From positions 1 to 58,200 of the forward strand of contig JBDLRZ010000045.1 in NCBI GenBank assembly GCA_039799785.1: 58,200 nt of DNA, written 5' to 3'. How positions within the stretch are numbered: position 1 is the stretch's first letter; every line of letters starts with the position of its first letter. Position numbers and translations under genes: made by a program. Below are positions 19,343-29,421 of this stretch, one piece after another. The stretch comes from Bacillota bacterium (GTDB lineage Bacteria; Bacillota_I; Bacilli_A; RFN20; CAG-826). Below the pieces are notes generated by a model. The model worked only from the letters and a program-made list of their open reading frames with translations. It was not told where the DNA came from and searched no databases.

Positions 19343-20456
19343 ATGATTGATTTAAGTGTCTTAAAGTCGGAGTTAAATGACTTAGCTGTTCTTATCCAGC
19401 AAGTCAGTGAATCTCTTTGACCTGGTTCAATTAAAAACACAAATTCAGGCTGATGAAACTTTAATGGATGGTCCTCATTTTTGGGATCACCAACGCCAAG
19501 CTAAAGCAGTCATTCAACGGATGAATGAAAAGAAATTTTTTGTTGAATCATTAGAAAAGCTACTCCAAAGTTATCAAGCATTACTCGATTTACTTCCTTT
19601 CTTGGAATCCGATCAATCCTTAATGTCGAGCTTTCAAACTGAGCTCCGAGGGCTCCAAAAATTAGGTAAGCAAGTTCAAGAATTGGTTCTATTCTCTGGT
19701 GAATTTGACGGGCTCAATGCCATTGTCGAAATTCATCCTGGTGCAGGTGGTACTGAAAGCCATGATTGGGCGAATATGTTGTATCGGATGTATGTGCGAT
19801 ATGCTGAAGCGAACAAATTTCAAGTCCAAATGTTAGATTATTTGGCTGGAGAGGAAGCTGGCATTAAGAGTGTGACGATGATGATTAAAGGTACACGAGC
19901 CTATGGTTTATTAAAATCAGAAAAAGGTGTTCATCGGTTGGTAAGAATTTCACCATTCGATGCGAATGACCGCCGCCATACATCCTTTGCATCCGTGAAC
20001 GTCATTCCGGATATCGTGGATGAAGTGGATGTAGAAATTCTAGATAAAGACCTTCGTATTGATACCTATCGATCAGGTGGTGCTGGTGGTCAAAACGTTA
20101 ACAAAGTTGAAAGTGCAGTCCGGATTACCCACATTCCAACGGGTCTCGTCGCTTCTTGCCAAATTGAACGCAGTCAATTACAGAACAAAGAAAAAGCGAT
20201 GCAAATGTTGAAAGCTCAAGTCTATCAATTAAAGAAACAGCAACAAGAGGCGCATCTTGATTCGATTGTTGGCGAACAAAAAGATATTGAATGGGGCAGT
20301 CAAATCCGTTCATATGTCTTCCAACCATACATGTTGATTAAAGATCATCGAACCGATTATCAAGAAGGCGATGTCACCAAAGTGATGGATGGCGCAATTG
20401 ATGGATTCATCCGATCCTATCTTGAAATGGAGGCCAAGAAGCATGCAAAAAAATAA
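19343..20456 (+). CDS. prfB: Peptide chain release factor 2 (requires programmed +1 frameshift)
   Basis: Frame 0 reads MIDLSVLKSELNDLAVLIQQVSESL and hits TGA at 19418-19420. After the +1 shift it continues DLVQLKTQIQ... with the SPF motif (RISPFD) and GGQ (SGGAGGQNVNKVESAVRITH). Confidence 0.9.
19415..19421 (+). promoter_or_regulatory. prfB +1 programmed ribosomal frameshift site CTT TGA C
   Basis: The exact canonical heptamer CTTTGAC sits at the junction of the 25-codon frame-0 ORF and the main RF2 frame. Confidence 0.85.
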
Positions 20457-21342
20457 CACGTTGAGCAATACCTTGATGATTATGGTGGCCAATGCATTAT
20501 TAGCCTTCGCATCGGCGTTATTCTTTGTACCAATGAATATTATCAATGGCGGGATGAATGGCCTTTCACTTGTGTTCTTATCTTGGTTTGAGATACCAGT
20601 TGATATCACCACCGCAATTCTAGCGTGGTCACTTTTTTTGATTGGTTTACTATTTTTAGGAAAAACGTTTACTGCTCAAACTTTTTTATCAACCTTACTG
20701 TATCCAATCTTTTTCTTTATCTTCGTTCGATATGTCGATCCTGAATGGATTGGTTTTTCTTCCGAAGAAGAAACCCATCGACTGCTGGCGAGTGTTTTTG
20801 GTGGTGGACTTGTCGGATTAGGCATGGGGTTATCATTTTTAGCCGGAGGAAGTACTGGTGGTTTTGATATTGTTATCATGCTAGGTCAAAAATTTTATGA
20901 ATGGAAAGCATCGATAACATCATTGGTGATTGATGTGGTCATCATTGGTTTAGGTATGTTCACATTTGGTATTGTCGTTGGATTGTATGGTGTCATTGCC
21001 ACCGTGGTAACCTCCATCATGATTGAAGTTGTCTTTGTTGGTTTATCAAGGGTTTACCTGATCACGATTGTGTCGTCTAAACCCAAAGAGATCAATCAAT
21101 TTATTATTGAAAAGCTTGAACGTGGATCCACCATTTACACGGCAAAAGGTGGTTTTAAACAGCAACCCTTGGACGTCATTCAAGTGGCGATTCATCGTCG
21201 CGAATATTTCTCATTAAAACAAAAAATTGCAGAAGTCGATCCTTCAGCCTTTGTCATGATCAATCAGGCTAGAGCAGTGCTTGGACTAGGATTTCATCCA
21301 TTAACCATTCCTGTTCCAACGCTAAAGAAAAAATCATCATGA
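20443..21342 (+). CDS. YitT-family membrane protein (DUF2179 C-terminal domain)
   Basis: Multi-TM N-terminus with NGGMNGLSL and GGSTGGFD motifs, and a soluble C-terminal domain. The ATG at 20443 is preceded by GGAGG. Confidence 0.8.
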   Translation: MQKNNTLSNTLMIMVANALLAFASALFFVPMNIINGGMNGLSLVFLSWFEIPVDITTAILAWSLFLIGLLFLGKTFTAQTFLSTLLYPIFFFIFVRYVDPEWIGFSSEEETHRLLASVFGGGLVGLGMGLSFLAGGSTGGFDIVIMLGQKFYEWKASITSLVIDVVIIGLGMFTFGIVVGLYGVIATVVTSIMIEVVFVGLSRVYLITIVSSKPKEINQFIIEKLERGSTIYTAKGGFKQQPLDVIQVAIHRREYFSLKQKIAEVDPSAFVMINQARAVLGLGFHPLTIPVPTLKKKSS

Positions 21343-23321
21343 ACCATACCAATCCATTTAAAATCGTTTCAAAATATCAACCAAAGGGTGATCAACCTAA
21401 TGCGATTGATCGATTAGTTGAAGGTATTCAAAATCAAAAACGTTTCCAAGTTTTACTTGGGGCAACGGGTACGGGAAAAACGTTTAGCATTGCCAATGTG
21501 ATTGAACGAATTCAGAAACCTACCCTCGTCTTAGTTCATAACAAAACGCTTGCCGGTCAATTATATGGTGAATTCAAAGAATTGTTTCCCAATAACAGAG
21601 TCGAATACTTTGTCTCCAACTTTGATTTTTACCAACCTGAAGCATATCTACCAAAATCTGATACATACATCGAAAAGAACGCGATGATGAATGATGAAAT
21701 TGAAATGCTAAGAACATCTGCCATTAACTCAGTTTTAGAAAGAAGAGATACGATTATTGTCGCGTCCGTGGCAGCCATTTATGGTCTTACAGATCCTCAA
21801 GAATACCAACGCTTAGCCTTTTATTTAAAGGTAGGTGAAACCATCAATCGAAAAGATTTCTTTAGGAAATTAATCGATGCTCAATATCAACGTAATAATC
21901 TAGATTTACCTCCAGGTAATTTTAGAGTAAGAGGCGATGTGATTGAAATTGCTTTACCTGGGCTTGCGGATTCAGCGCTTCGGGTTGATACCTTTGGGGA
22001 TGAAATTGAAAAGCTTTCTTTAGTGGACTTATTAACAGGAGAAGTGCGACATACTTATCGTAGTTATCCAATTTATCCTGCCTATGGTCATGCCTCTACG
22101 CATGCGCGTGTGATTGCGGCCTGTGACCGTATTGAAATTGAATTAGCAGAACGGTTAAAGGTTTTAAAAGAAAATAATCAACTGCTTGAGTACCAACGTT
22201 TAGAAATGCGTACCAAGCAAGATCTTGAATCGTTAAGAGAATTTGGCATGTGTCCTGGGATTGAAAATTATTCTCGCCATATCGATGGTCGTCAACCTGG
22301 TCAAAAACCATTTTGCTTAATCGATTACTTTCCTAAAGATTTTTTATTTGTGATTGATGAAAGTCACGTTTCGATTCCACAGGTTCGAGGAATGTATAAC
22401 GGAGATCGTGCAAGAAAAGAAACCCTCGTTCAATATGGATTTCGTTTACCATCTGCACTCGACAACCGCCCATTAAAGTTTGCTGAATTCGAAGCTTCTT
22501 TGACACAGGTTATTTGTACCTCTGCGACACCCGGTGATTATGAATTAACTCAAACCAATAAAGAAGTTGTTGAGCAGATTATTCGTCCAACGGGACTTGT
22601 CGATCCCGAAGTTGTCATTCGACCGACCACAGGTCAAATTGATGATTTGATGCAAGAAATTCAAAAACGAATTGCTAAATCTCAACGTGTCATGATTGTC
22701 ACCCTTACGATTCAAATGGCAGAAGACCTTACAGCTTACCTTAAACAACGTTCTTTCAAAGTGGTCTATATGCATGCTGAAACCAAGACCATGGAACGTA
22801 GTCAAATTATTTATCAACTAAGAAAAGGTAAATATGATGTTTTGATAGGGATCAATTTATTAAGAGAAGGATTAGATATTCCAGAAGTTTCTTTAATTGC
22901 CATCCTTGATGCAGACAAAGAAGGGTTCTTGCGATCCACCCGTTCCTTGATTCAAATCATTGGTCGAGCTGCACGAAATTCCGAAGGTCAAGTCATCATG
23001 TATGCGGATAAGAAGACCGATTCCATGAAAGCCGCAATCGAAGAAACCAATCGAAGACGAGATAAACAATTGGCCCATAACAAACAATTCAACATTACGC
23101 CGATTACGATTAAAAAAGATATTCAATCGCCAATGAAATCCATCGATGATGATATTGCGAAGTTAACCCAAGTGAAAGGTAAGTCGTCAAGAAGTGAAAT
23201 CGAACAGCGCGTTCGTGAATTTGAAAAACTGATGCGAGAAGCTGCAAAAGTCTATGATTTTGAACGAGCAGCAGAACTTCGCGATATTATTTTTGAACTG
23301 AAAGCAGAAATCAATGGATAG
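21339..23321 (+). CDS. uvrB: Excinuclease ABC subunit B
   Basis: [29 protein letters not shown], beta-hairpin region and C-terminal UVR domain (FERAAELRD). Confidence 0.97.
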   Translation: MNHTNPFKIVSKYQPKGDQPNAIDRLVEGIQNQKRFQVLLGATGTGKTFSIANVIERIQKPTLVLVHNKTLAGQLYGEFKELFPNNRVEYFVSNFDFYQPEAYLPKSDTYIEKNAMMNDEIEMLRTSAINSVLERRDTIIVASVAAIYGLTDPQEYQRLAFYLKVGETINRKDFFRKLIDAQYQRNNLDLPPGNFRVRGDVIEIALPGLADSALRVDTFGDEIEKLSLVDLLTGEVRHTYRSYPIYPAYGHASTHARVIAACDRIEIELAERLKVLKENNQLLEYQRLEMRTKQDLESLREFGMCPGIENYSRHIDGRQPGQKPFCLIDYFPKDFLFVIDESHVSIPQVRGMYNGDRARKETLVQYGFRLPSALDNRPLKFAEFEASLTQVICTSATPGDYELTQTNKEVVEQIIRPTGLVDPEVVIRPTTGQIDDLMQEIQKRIAKSQRVMIVTLTIQMAEDLTAYLKQRSFKVVYMHAETKTMERSQIIYQLRKGKYDVLIGINLLREGLDIPEVSLIAILDADKEGFLRSTRSLIQIIGRAARNSEGQVIMYADKKTDSMKAAIEETNRRRDKQLAHNKQFNITPITIKKDIQSPMKSIDDDIAKLTQVKGKSSRSEIEQRVREFEKLMREAAKVYDFERAAELRDIIFELKAEING

Positions 23322-23377
23322 TTCCCCTTTTCATTTTCATCAAAACAAGGTATCATTTTGAATCGTAGGAGACATTT

Positions 23378-23611
23378 ATGGAATTTACATTTTTAGATAT
23401 CGTCTTTATTATCGTTTCGTTCATTATTATCATTTTATCTTTATTACAAGGTGGTAAATCCGAAGGGGCATCAGGGGCAATTACGGGTGCAGGGATGAAT
23501 GTCTTTGTCAAAACCAAAGAACGCGGTTCTGAATTAATCATTTCTTGGTTAACACTTGGTTTTGCTGTGGTCTTTTTCCTTCTAGCCTTGTTAACAAACG
23601 CTTTAGCTTAG
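23378..23611 (+). CDS. secG: Preprotein translocase subunit SecG
   Basis: 77 aa with two TM helices and the Gly-rich loop LLQGGKSEGASGAITGAG. RBS is TAGGAG. Confidence 0.85.
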   Translation: MEFTFLDIVFIIVSFIIIILSLLQGGKSEGASGAITGAGMNVFVKTKERGSELIISWLTLGFAVVFFLLALLTNALA

Positions 23612-23632
23612 TTCGAATAACAAACGTAAATG

Positions 23633-23657
23633 ACGAGGGACCATATCCCTCGTTTTT
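23633..23657 (+). terminator. Rho-independent terminator after secG
   Basis: ACGAGGGA, loop ccata, TCCCTCGT, followed by TTTTT. Confidence 0.7.
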
Positions 23658-23670
23658 CTTTGGTTGAATT

Positions 23671-23679
23671 TGATATAAT
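23671..23679 (+). promoter_or_regulatory. Extended -10 (TGaTATAAT) for folD
   Basis: Lies between the secG terminator and the folD ATGs at 23684 and 23690, leaving a very short or absent leader. Confidence 0.4.
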
Positions 23680-23689
23680 TTTTATGCTT

Positions 23690-24502
23690 ATGACCATTGC
23701 ACAATATATCCAACAAGAAAAAAAACATCTTCAAGGATTAGCCCAAGGGCTTTCCACCAAACCTCATTTGGTGATTATTCAGGCTAATGAAAATGAAGGT
23801 TCGAATATTTATATTCGTGGCAAACTTTCAGATTGCCAAGAAGTTGGTTTTCAAGCAACCCATCTTCGATTACCAACGTCAATTACGCAAGATGATTTAT
23901 TAAGAGAAATTCAAAAACATAATCAAGATCCGATGGTCCATGGGGTCATTGTTCAAGTTCCATTACCTTCCCATATCGACGCATCCGTCATTCGCCGCGC
24001 TGTTGTGCCTCATAAAGATGTGGATGGATTTCATCCTTTATCCCCGATGATGGCCTGCACACCGAAAGGCATCGTCGATTATTTAGCAGCTAGTGGATTT
24101 GATTTTGTAGGCAAACATGCCCTTATTCTTGGCCGTTCTTATATCGTAGGGCGTCCATTGGCAACCGCCTTACTTGATCGTCATGCAACGGTGAGTATCG
24201 TCCATTCAAAGACAAAAGAAGAAGATAGAGCCAATTTACTGACGAATGCGGACCTTATTTGTGTGGCGGTGGGTAAGAAATGGTATCTATCCAATCAAAA
24301 AGTTAAACCAACGGCATGGATCGTTGATATTGGCATCACCCGAGAAGATGGTCAGATTTATGGCGATGTTAAACCAGGTCGCCATGTTGCCTTACAAACA
24401 CCGGTTCCTGGTGGAGTTGGTCTATTGACCCGTTTATCCTTATTGAAAAATCTTTGGGAAGCCTATACCCAACAATTCAAATCAAAAGTTAAAGAAGATT
24501 AA
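23690..24502 (+). CDS. folD: Bifunctional methylenetetrahydrofolate dehydrogenase/cyclohydrolase
   Basis: YIRGKLSDCQEVGF, HGVIVQVPLP, DVDGFHP, LGRSYIVGRPLA, PVPGGVGLLT. The ORF-track start at 23630 lies inside the secG terminator, so ATG 23684 or 23690 is preferred. Confidence 0.9.
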   Translation: MTIAQYIQQEKKHLQGLAQGLSTKPHLVIIQANENEGSNIYIRGKLSDCQEVGFQATHLRLPTSITQDDLLREIQKHNQDPMVHGVIVQVPLPSHIDASVIRRAVVPHKDVDGFHPLSPMMACTPKGIVDYLAASGFDFVGKHALILGRSYIVGRPLATALLDRHATVSIVHSKTKEEDRANLLTNADLICVAVGKKWYLSNQKVKPTAWIVDIGITREDGQIYGDVKPGRHVALQTPVPGGVGLLTRLSLLKNLWEAYTQQFKSKVKED

Positions 24503-24517
24503 TCACTGATTCTAGAT

Positions 24518-24545
24518 TTGCCTTCAATCAAGAAAAGCATATAAT
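24518..24545 (+). promoter_or_regulatory. Sigma-70 promoter of the aminopeptidase gene
   Basis: TTGCCT (24518-24523), 16 nt, TATAAT (24540-24545). RBS is AAAGGAG and the ATG is at 24568. Confidence 0.5.
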
Positions 24546-24567
24546 ACCTTTAATAAAGGAGCTTTTT

Positions 24568-25800
24568 ATGGATGCCAAAAAATTAAGACAATTTGCAAAA
24601 CTGACAGTTCGACGCGGTGTTAATGTTAAGTCAGGACAAGACGTGATTGTTCATGCAGAACTCGATCAACCCGAATTTATCACGATGGTGGTTGAAGAAG
24701 CGTATGCTGCTGGTGCACGCTCCGTTCGCGTGAAATGGACACACCAACCCATCAGTCGTGTTAATGCTTTAGAAATGAAAGAAGAAGTGATGGCAGATAT
24801 TCCGGAATGGCAACATGCTGAAATGGCCCATAATGTTAAAACTTTACCTGCTCAAATTCATATTCGTTCGGTTGACCCAGATGGCATGAAGGGTACCGAT
24901 CAAACCAAATTAACGAATGTTGCAAAAATCACGACCCCACAAATCCTTAAATACCGAGAACAAATGGATAATAAGTTTCAATGGACCATCATCGGCGTCC
25001 CTTCTTTAAAATGGGCGGAAAAAGTCTTCCCTAAATTAAAGGGTGAAAAAGCGGTTGAAGCAATGTGGGAAGCCATCATCAAAGCAACCCGTGTCACAAA
25101 CGATCCTTTAAAGGAATGGGATCACCACAATGCGACCTTACAACAACGAAGTAAACAACTGGATGCCTTGAATTTAGATTATCTGCATTTCCAATCCTCG
25201 AATGGAACCGACTTTAAGATTTGGATGATTCCTGAAGCTCGTTGGTTAGGCGGTGGAGAAAAGTTAATTGACGGTCATTTCTATAACCCCAACATGCCAA
25301 CCGAAGAAGTATTTATTACTCCTAAAGCTGGCAAAGCTGAAGGTAAAGTTGTCGCCTCAAAACCCCTTTCTTATCAAGGCGAACTCATTGAGAATTTTGC
25401 AGTGACCTTTGCCGGTGGCAAAGTTGTCAAAGTTGAAGCAAAGAAAAATCAAAAACTTTTAGAACAAATGGTCAAAATGGATGAAGGTGCATCCCGCATT
25501 GGTGAATTAGCTTTAGTCCCCTTTGATTCACCGATTCAACAATCTGGTCTATTATTCTATAACACCTTATTCGATGAAAATGCAGCTTGCCATATTGCAT
25601 TAGGTCGTGCCTATGTGAATTCCATTAAAGGTTATGCGACGATGACCCCACAACAACTAACAGAGATTGGTTGTAATCGTTCGATGATTCATGTGGACTT
25701 CATGATTGGTAGTCGTGATTTAAAAATCACCGGTTACAATCGCAAAGGTGTTGCCCTTCCTATTTTTGAAAAAGGTAACTGGGCTCCTTCACTTAAATAA
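24568..25800 (+). CDS. Aminopeptidase, peptidase family M29 (AmpS/PepS-like)
   Basis: N-terminus KLRQFAKLTVRRGVNVKSGQDV, C-terminal region NTLFDENAACHIALGRAY...IHVDFMIG. Confidence 0.85.
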   Translation: MDAKKLRQFAKLTVRRGVNVKSGQDVIVHAELDQPEFITMVVEEAYAAGARSVRVKWTHQPISRVNALEMKEEVMADIPEWQHAEMAHNVKTLPAQIHIRSVDPDGMKGTDQTKLTNVAKITTPQILKYREQMDNKFQWTIIGVPSLKWAEKVFPKLKGEKAVEAMWEAIIKATRVTNDPLKEWDHHNATLQQRSKQLDALNLDYLHFQSSNGTDFKIWMIPEARWLGGGEKLIDGHFYNPNMPTEEVFITPKAGKAEGKVVASKPLSYQGELIENFAVTFAGGKVVKVEAKKNQKLLEQMVKMDEGASRIGELALVPFDSPIQQSGLLFYNTLFDENAACHIALGRAYVNSIKGYATMTPQQLTEIGCNRSMIHVDFMIGSRDLKITGYNRKGVALPIFEKGNWAPSLK

Positions 25801-25820
25801 TTTTTTAATTAAACAATAAA

Positions 25821-25848
25821 AAAACCTTCACGGATGTGTGAAGGTTTT
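25821..25848. terminator. Bidirectional rho-independent terminator between the aminopeptidase gene and glnA
   Basis: AAAACCTTCAC, loop ggatgt, GTGAAGGTTTT, flanked by an A-tract and a T-tract. It sits between convergent genes. Confidence 0.75.
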
Positions 25849-25867
25849 TTATTTGTGAGGTTAAAAC

Positions 25868-27205
25868 TTATAAATGCAAGTAACGATCAATTTCCCATTG
25901 GGAAACATAGGTTCGATAGTCGTCCCATTCTTTTTCTTTAGCGAGAATGTATTTATCGTATGTGTGTTTACCAAGGACCGCTAGCATCATCGGATCTTTC
26001 TTCATTTCTTTTAGCGCATCTTTTAAATTTTCAGGAAGGTTTTGAATCCCTTGTGCTTCACGTTGTTCACGTGTTAATTCAAAGATGTTGTCGTAGACAG
26101 GAGGAATGGTTTTAGGATCCTTAGAGGCAATGCCTTCTAGACCTGCTGTCAGAATAAAGGCTAAGGCAAGATAAGGATTGGCGAGTGGATCGACGTTGCG
26201 TAATTCAGTTCGCGTTGAACTGCCACGTGCTGCGGGAATACGAATCATCGCCGAACGATTAGCATCTGACCAGCAAGCATAGCAAGGGGCTTCGTATCCA
26301 GGAATAATACGCTTATAAGAATTGACTGTAGGATTGGTCAAGGCAGCGATTGAGCGTGAGTGGTTTAAAATACCAGTCATCCATTTACGTGAAACATCTG
26401 ATAATTGCATATCGCCCTTTGGATCATAAAAAGCATTATCACCGTTGGCGTAAGCTAATGACATATTCGTGTGCATCCCTGAACCATTAATGCCAGAGAT
26501 TGGTTTTGGCATAAACGTTGCATGTAAACCATGCTTATGCGCGATGACTTTCACAACCGTTTTAAAGAGTTGTAGATTATCACATGCTTTTAATACATCT
26601 TGGAAACGGAAGTTTATTTCGTGTTGACCAACGGCCACTTCGTGATGGGACGCTTGGACCATTAAACCTAATTTATCAAGTTCAATTGCGATATCTCGGC
26701 GTGTATAGTTATCACCGTCCATTGGAGCTAAATCAAAATAACCTGCGTCGTCGTTCGGTTCAATGACGGGTTTACCGTCTTTCACTTTAAATAAGAAAAA
26801 TTCTGGTTCAAAGCCAACATTGAGTGCAGAAAAGCCAGCATCCTGCATCTTCTTAATTGCTTTTTTGAGAATGAAACGAGGATCACCTTCAAAGGGTTCT
26901 CCTTTTGGTGTGTATACGTCACACACTAGACGTGCCACTTTTCCTAACGCAAGACTTTCGAACGTGAGTATTTGCCAGGTGGATAAATCCGGATACAAAT
27001 ACATATCGGCTTCTTTGATGCGCACAAAACCTTCAATCGAGGACCCATCAAACATAATTTTGTTATTGAGGGCGTCCTCTAAACGTGAGATGGGCAAATC
27101 AACAGATTTGACCATGCCGAGCATGTCGGTAAATTGCATCCTAATAAACCGAACATCCTCTTTCTTAGCAATAGCTAAAACGTCTTCTTTCGTCATGATT
27201 GCCAT
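25868..27205 (-). CDS. glnA: Glutamine synthetase, type I
   Basis: FTDMLGMVKSV, FDGSSIEGF, GFEPEFFLF, HHEVAVGQHEI, KPISGINGSGMHTNMSL, NSYKRIIPGYEAP. Confidence 0.95.
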   Translation of the reverse strand: MAIMTKEDVLAIAKKEDVRFIRMQFTDMLGMVKSVDLPISRLEDALNNKIMFDGSSIEGFVRIKEADMYLYPDLSTWQILTFESLALGKVARLVCDVYTPKGEPFEGDPRFILKKAIKKMQDAGFSALNVGFEPEFFLFKVKDGKPVIEPNDDAGYFDLAPMDGDNYTRRDIAIELDKLGLMVQASHHEVAVGQHEINFRFQDVLKACDNLQLFKTVVKVIAHKHGLHATFMPKPISGINGSGMHTNMSLAYANGDNAFYDPKGDMQLSDVSRKWMTGILNHSRSIAALTNPTVNSYKRIIPGYEAPCYACWSDANRSAMIRIPAARGSSTRTELRNVDPLANPYLALAFILTAGLEGIASKDPKTIPPVYDNIFELTREQREAQGIQNLPENLKDALKEMKKDPMMLAVLGKHTYDKYILAKEKEWDDYRTYVSQWEIDRYLHL

Positions 27206-27235
27206 GCCTAACTCCCCCTATGAGATGTTGCCATT

Positions 27236-27263
27236 ATTATAAATTAGTATTTTGAATAGTCAA
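27236..27263 (-). promoter_or_regulatory. Near-consensus sigma-70 promoter of glnA
   Basis: On the minus strand: TTGACT (27263-27258), 16 nt, TATAAT (27241-27236). RBS is GGGGGAG and the ATG is at 27205. Confidence 0.55.
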
Positions 27264-27269
27264 ATATGG

Positions 27270-28487
27270 CTAATCTTCATCATCCTCGTTTTCGTCCTCG
27301 TCTTCATCATCATGACGATCGCCTCGAGGTCCGTGGCGGTCATCTTCCCATTCTCCATCTTCACGTTCACCATCTTCATTAAATTGAACGGCTTGATAAC
27401 GGTAACCGATGATCTCATTTTGATCATTCAGGACAGGAATCACATAAACGGTGATTTTGCCTTTGATTCTGCCACTACTTCCTTGCATGTCAAATTTAAT
27501 TTCTAGAATAGTTTCGCCATCTTCCATCTCATATTCGAATTTAAACTTATCCTTGGTACGATTGGTGTCGTTATCTTCAAAGAAACTTAATTCTACGACG
27601 GTTTCATCATCTTCGATTTCAAGTTTGAATTCAGAAATGGTCATTTCACCATTCACCATTTTTATTACTTTGATTTTCGTTTCATCTTCTTCAAACTTAT
27701 ATTCCGTTTCGATATAGTTGGTTTCATCTAGGTTGGCACGAAATACAATTTTGGTTTCATCTTCCTCTTGAGTTTTACTGCCCGTTACATCGTAACGAAT
27801 GTTGTTATCAATGACCAAGGCACCCGTAAAGGCATAATAGGTTTCTTCTTCAATCACTTCTGAACTTTCAACATTGTAGTAAAGCGCATAAGGGACGGTC
27901 AAACCTTCGATGTCATAAACCACAAAGGTATCAAGAAATTCAAAGTTAACGTCATCTGAAGTTTGTGAAACAATCACCGGTGCTTCATTCGTGCCTAAGA
28001 ATTGTTCAAAGACAGTTAAGTATGGATTCAGTAAGGTCATGGTTTCTTCAAAGTTAATGGTTTCTTTTTCACGTGAAGGTTTTAATTTAATTTGCAAAGA
28101 TGGATTCAAGAGAGGTTGAGGATTATTGATGGATAAATTGGTTAACAAGGTCGCGGAGGTGATGCTTGAAATGGAGATCGCTTCTTTTTCGTTATTGAGC
28201 CTTAAGGGTGGTAACACCACTTGGCTTGATGTTGTTAAAGAGGTTTCAGACGTTTGGGATGATGTAACCGAGGTTAATGTCGAATCACTGGATGGTGAGA
28301 TTGGATTAGCATTCTGAATGATCATCGCGACAATAAAAATACTGGTGATGACCGTTGCGATGGGTAGAAGCCGAAAGAATGAAAACGTTTCTTGTTTAGG
28401 AAAATTGTTTAACATGAAAGGACGTAGGTTAGGCATTTGACCATCTGCTTCTTGTTTAATCTTTTTTAACAAATCTTTTTCGTTCAT
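27270..28487 (-). CDS. Single-pass membrane protein, putative anti-sigma factor, with an extremely acidic C-terminal tail
   Basis: Translationally coupled to the upstream ECF sigma gene through a 4-nt overlap. It has a short cytoplasmic N-terminus, the TM helix LLPIATVITSIFIVAMII, an S/T-rich linker, a beta-rich domain with recurring E[ED]DETK motifs, and the tail DDRHGPRGDRHDDEDEDENEDDED. Confidence 0.45.
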   Translation of the reverse strand: MNEKDLLKKIKQEADGQMPNLRPFMLNNFPKQETFSFFRLLPIATVITSIFIVAMIIQNANPISPSSDSTLTSVTSSQTSETSLTTSSQVVLPPLRLNNEKEAISISSITSATLLTNLSINNPQPLLNPSLQIKLKPSREKETINFEETMTLLNPYLTVFEQFLGTNEAPVIVSQTSDDVNFEFLDTFVVYDIEGLTVPYALYYNVESSEVIEEETYYAFTGALVIDNNIRYDVTGSKTQEEDETKIVFRANLDETNYIETEYKFEEDETKIKVIKMVNGEMTISEFKLEIEDDETVVELSFFEDNDTNRTKDKFKFEYEMEDGETILEIKFDMQGSSGRIKGKITVYVIPVLNDQNEIIGYRYQAVQFNEDGEREDGEWEDDRHGPRGDRHDDEDEDENEDDED

Positions 28488-29002
28488 TTTTTCAAGGCTC
28501 CTTTCATTTTTTTAATCGCTTGGTTATATTTCCACGTTACCGTTCCGATGGGTATGTTCATGATTAAGGCAATTTCGCGGTGTTTATATTCACTAATCGC
28601 ATATAAGAAGAGAATCTTTTGTTCGTCTAGATCAAGGATTTTTTTCGCTAACGTGATCACGGGAGAACCTAAATCATAGATGTCTAGGCTACTCGGCAAG
28701 GTCGCTTCTAGGGTTTCTCTTTCTACTTGGGTTTCTCGATCGCGAACCTTGATAAGGTTTAAGGCAGTATTCCGGGCAATGGTGAGAATCCAATTCATCC
28801 CGTTTGTTGTCAGTTGGTATTGATGAATATTATCCATCACCTTTAGATACGTATCTTGCATCACATCTTCGGTTAATTGCGTATCGTGCAAATACGGAAG
28901 GATGAAAGCAAAGACCCCGCGACGGGTTTGTTCGTAGAGATCTTGCATCGCTTGCTTTTTCCCTTTTTTGATTTGTAAGAGTAATGCATTAATCGGATTC
29001 AT
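28484..29002 (-). CDS. ECF-type RNA polymerase sigma factor (sigma-70 family)
   Basis: Region 2 is DVMQDTYLKVMDNIHQY...NWILTIARNTALNLIK. Region 4 HTH is EYKHREIALIMNIPIGTVTWKYNQAIKKMK. ATG 29002 is preferred over the TTG at 29023. Confidence 0.8.
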   Translation of the reverse strand: MNPINALLLQIKKGKKQAMQDLYEQTRRGVFAFILPYLHDTQLTEDVMQDTYLKVMDNIHQYQLTTNGMNWILTIARNTALNLIKVRDRETQVERETLEATLPSSLDIYDLGSPVITLAKKILDLDEQKILFLYAISEYKHREIALIMNIPIGTVTWKYNQAIKKMKGALKK

Positions 29003-29076
29003 TATGCATAACTTTACACCCAAACGATGTGGACTTCTACCCCTTTACAGGGAGCATCTCAAGGGGACTTAAGATG

Positions 29077-29421
29077 TTACTTATTTAACAAAGAAGTGCT
29101 TGAATTTATTGGTGATTGGATTTGAATATCGAGTAAAGATGAAAAATAAATTGTTTTTTCGTTTATTTTTAACCATTTTTCATCAAAATTGATATGTTTA
29201 ATCAAACCTTTTTCACTTATTTTTTTACCATCTTCAAAATAAATTATGGATGCAAGTTGGTGCTTTGCGTTCAGAAGGTTCGCATTGATGATGGTGGCCT
29301 GATCTTGGCTCACGTGAGGTTTTTCAATTCGTGCTTTCGATTGTTTCATTCTCACAATGGTCCCTTTTTGTTCAATTAAGGAAGCATATGCTGCCCACTT
29401 TTTCATACCACGGTCGCTCAT
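29077..29421 (-). CDS. YolD-like protein
   Basis: A small protein starting MSDRGMKKWAAYASL. It overlaps the stop of a Y-family polymerase gene, which is the usual YolD context. Confidence 0.65.
   Translation of the reverse strand: MSDRGMKKWAAYASLIEQKGTIVRMKQSKARIEKPHVSQDQATIINANLLNAKHQLASIIYFEDGKKISEKGLIKHINFDEKWLKINEKTIYFSSLLDIQIQSPINSSTSLLNK

Noticed and set aside
27206-27269. GlnR/TnrA box (TGTNA-N7-TNACA) at the glnA promoter.
   Set aside because: No match on either strand. Only a near-consensus sigma-70 promoter is visible, and there is no glnR gene upstream.
29040-29066. Hairpin CCCCTT-N15-AAGGGG between yolD and the ECF sigma gene, considered as a terminator.
   Set aside because: It has a short 6-bp stem, a 15-nt loop and no U-tract on the relevant (minus) strand. 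It more likely arose by chance or belongs to the sigma promoter region.
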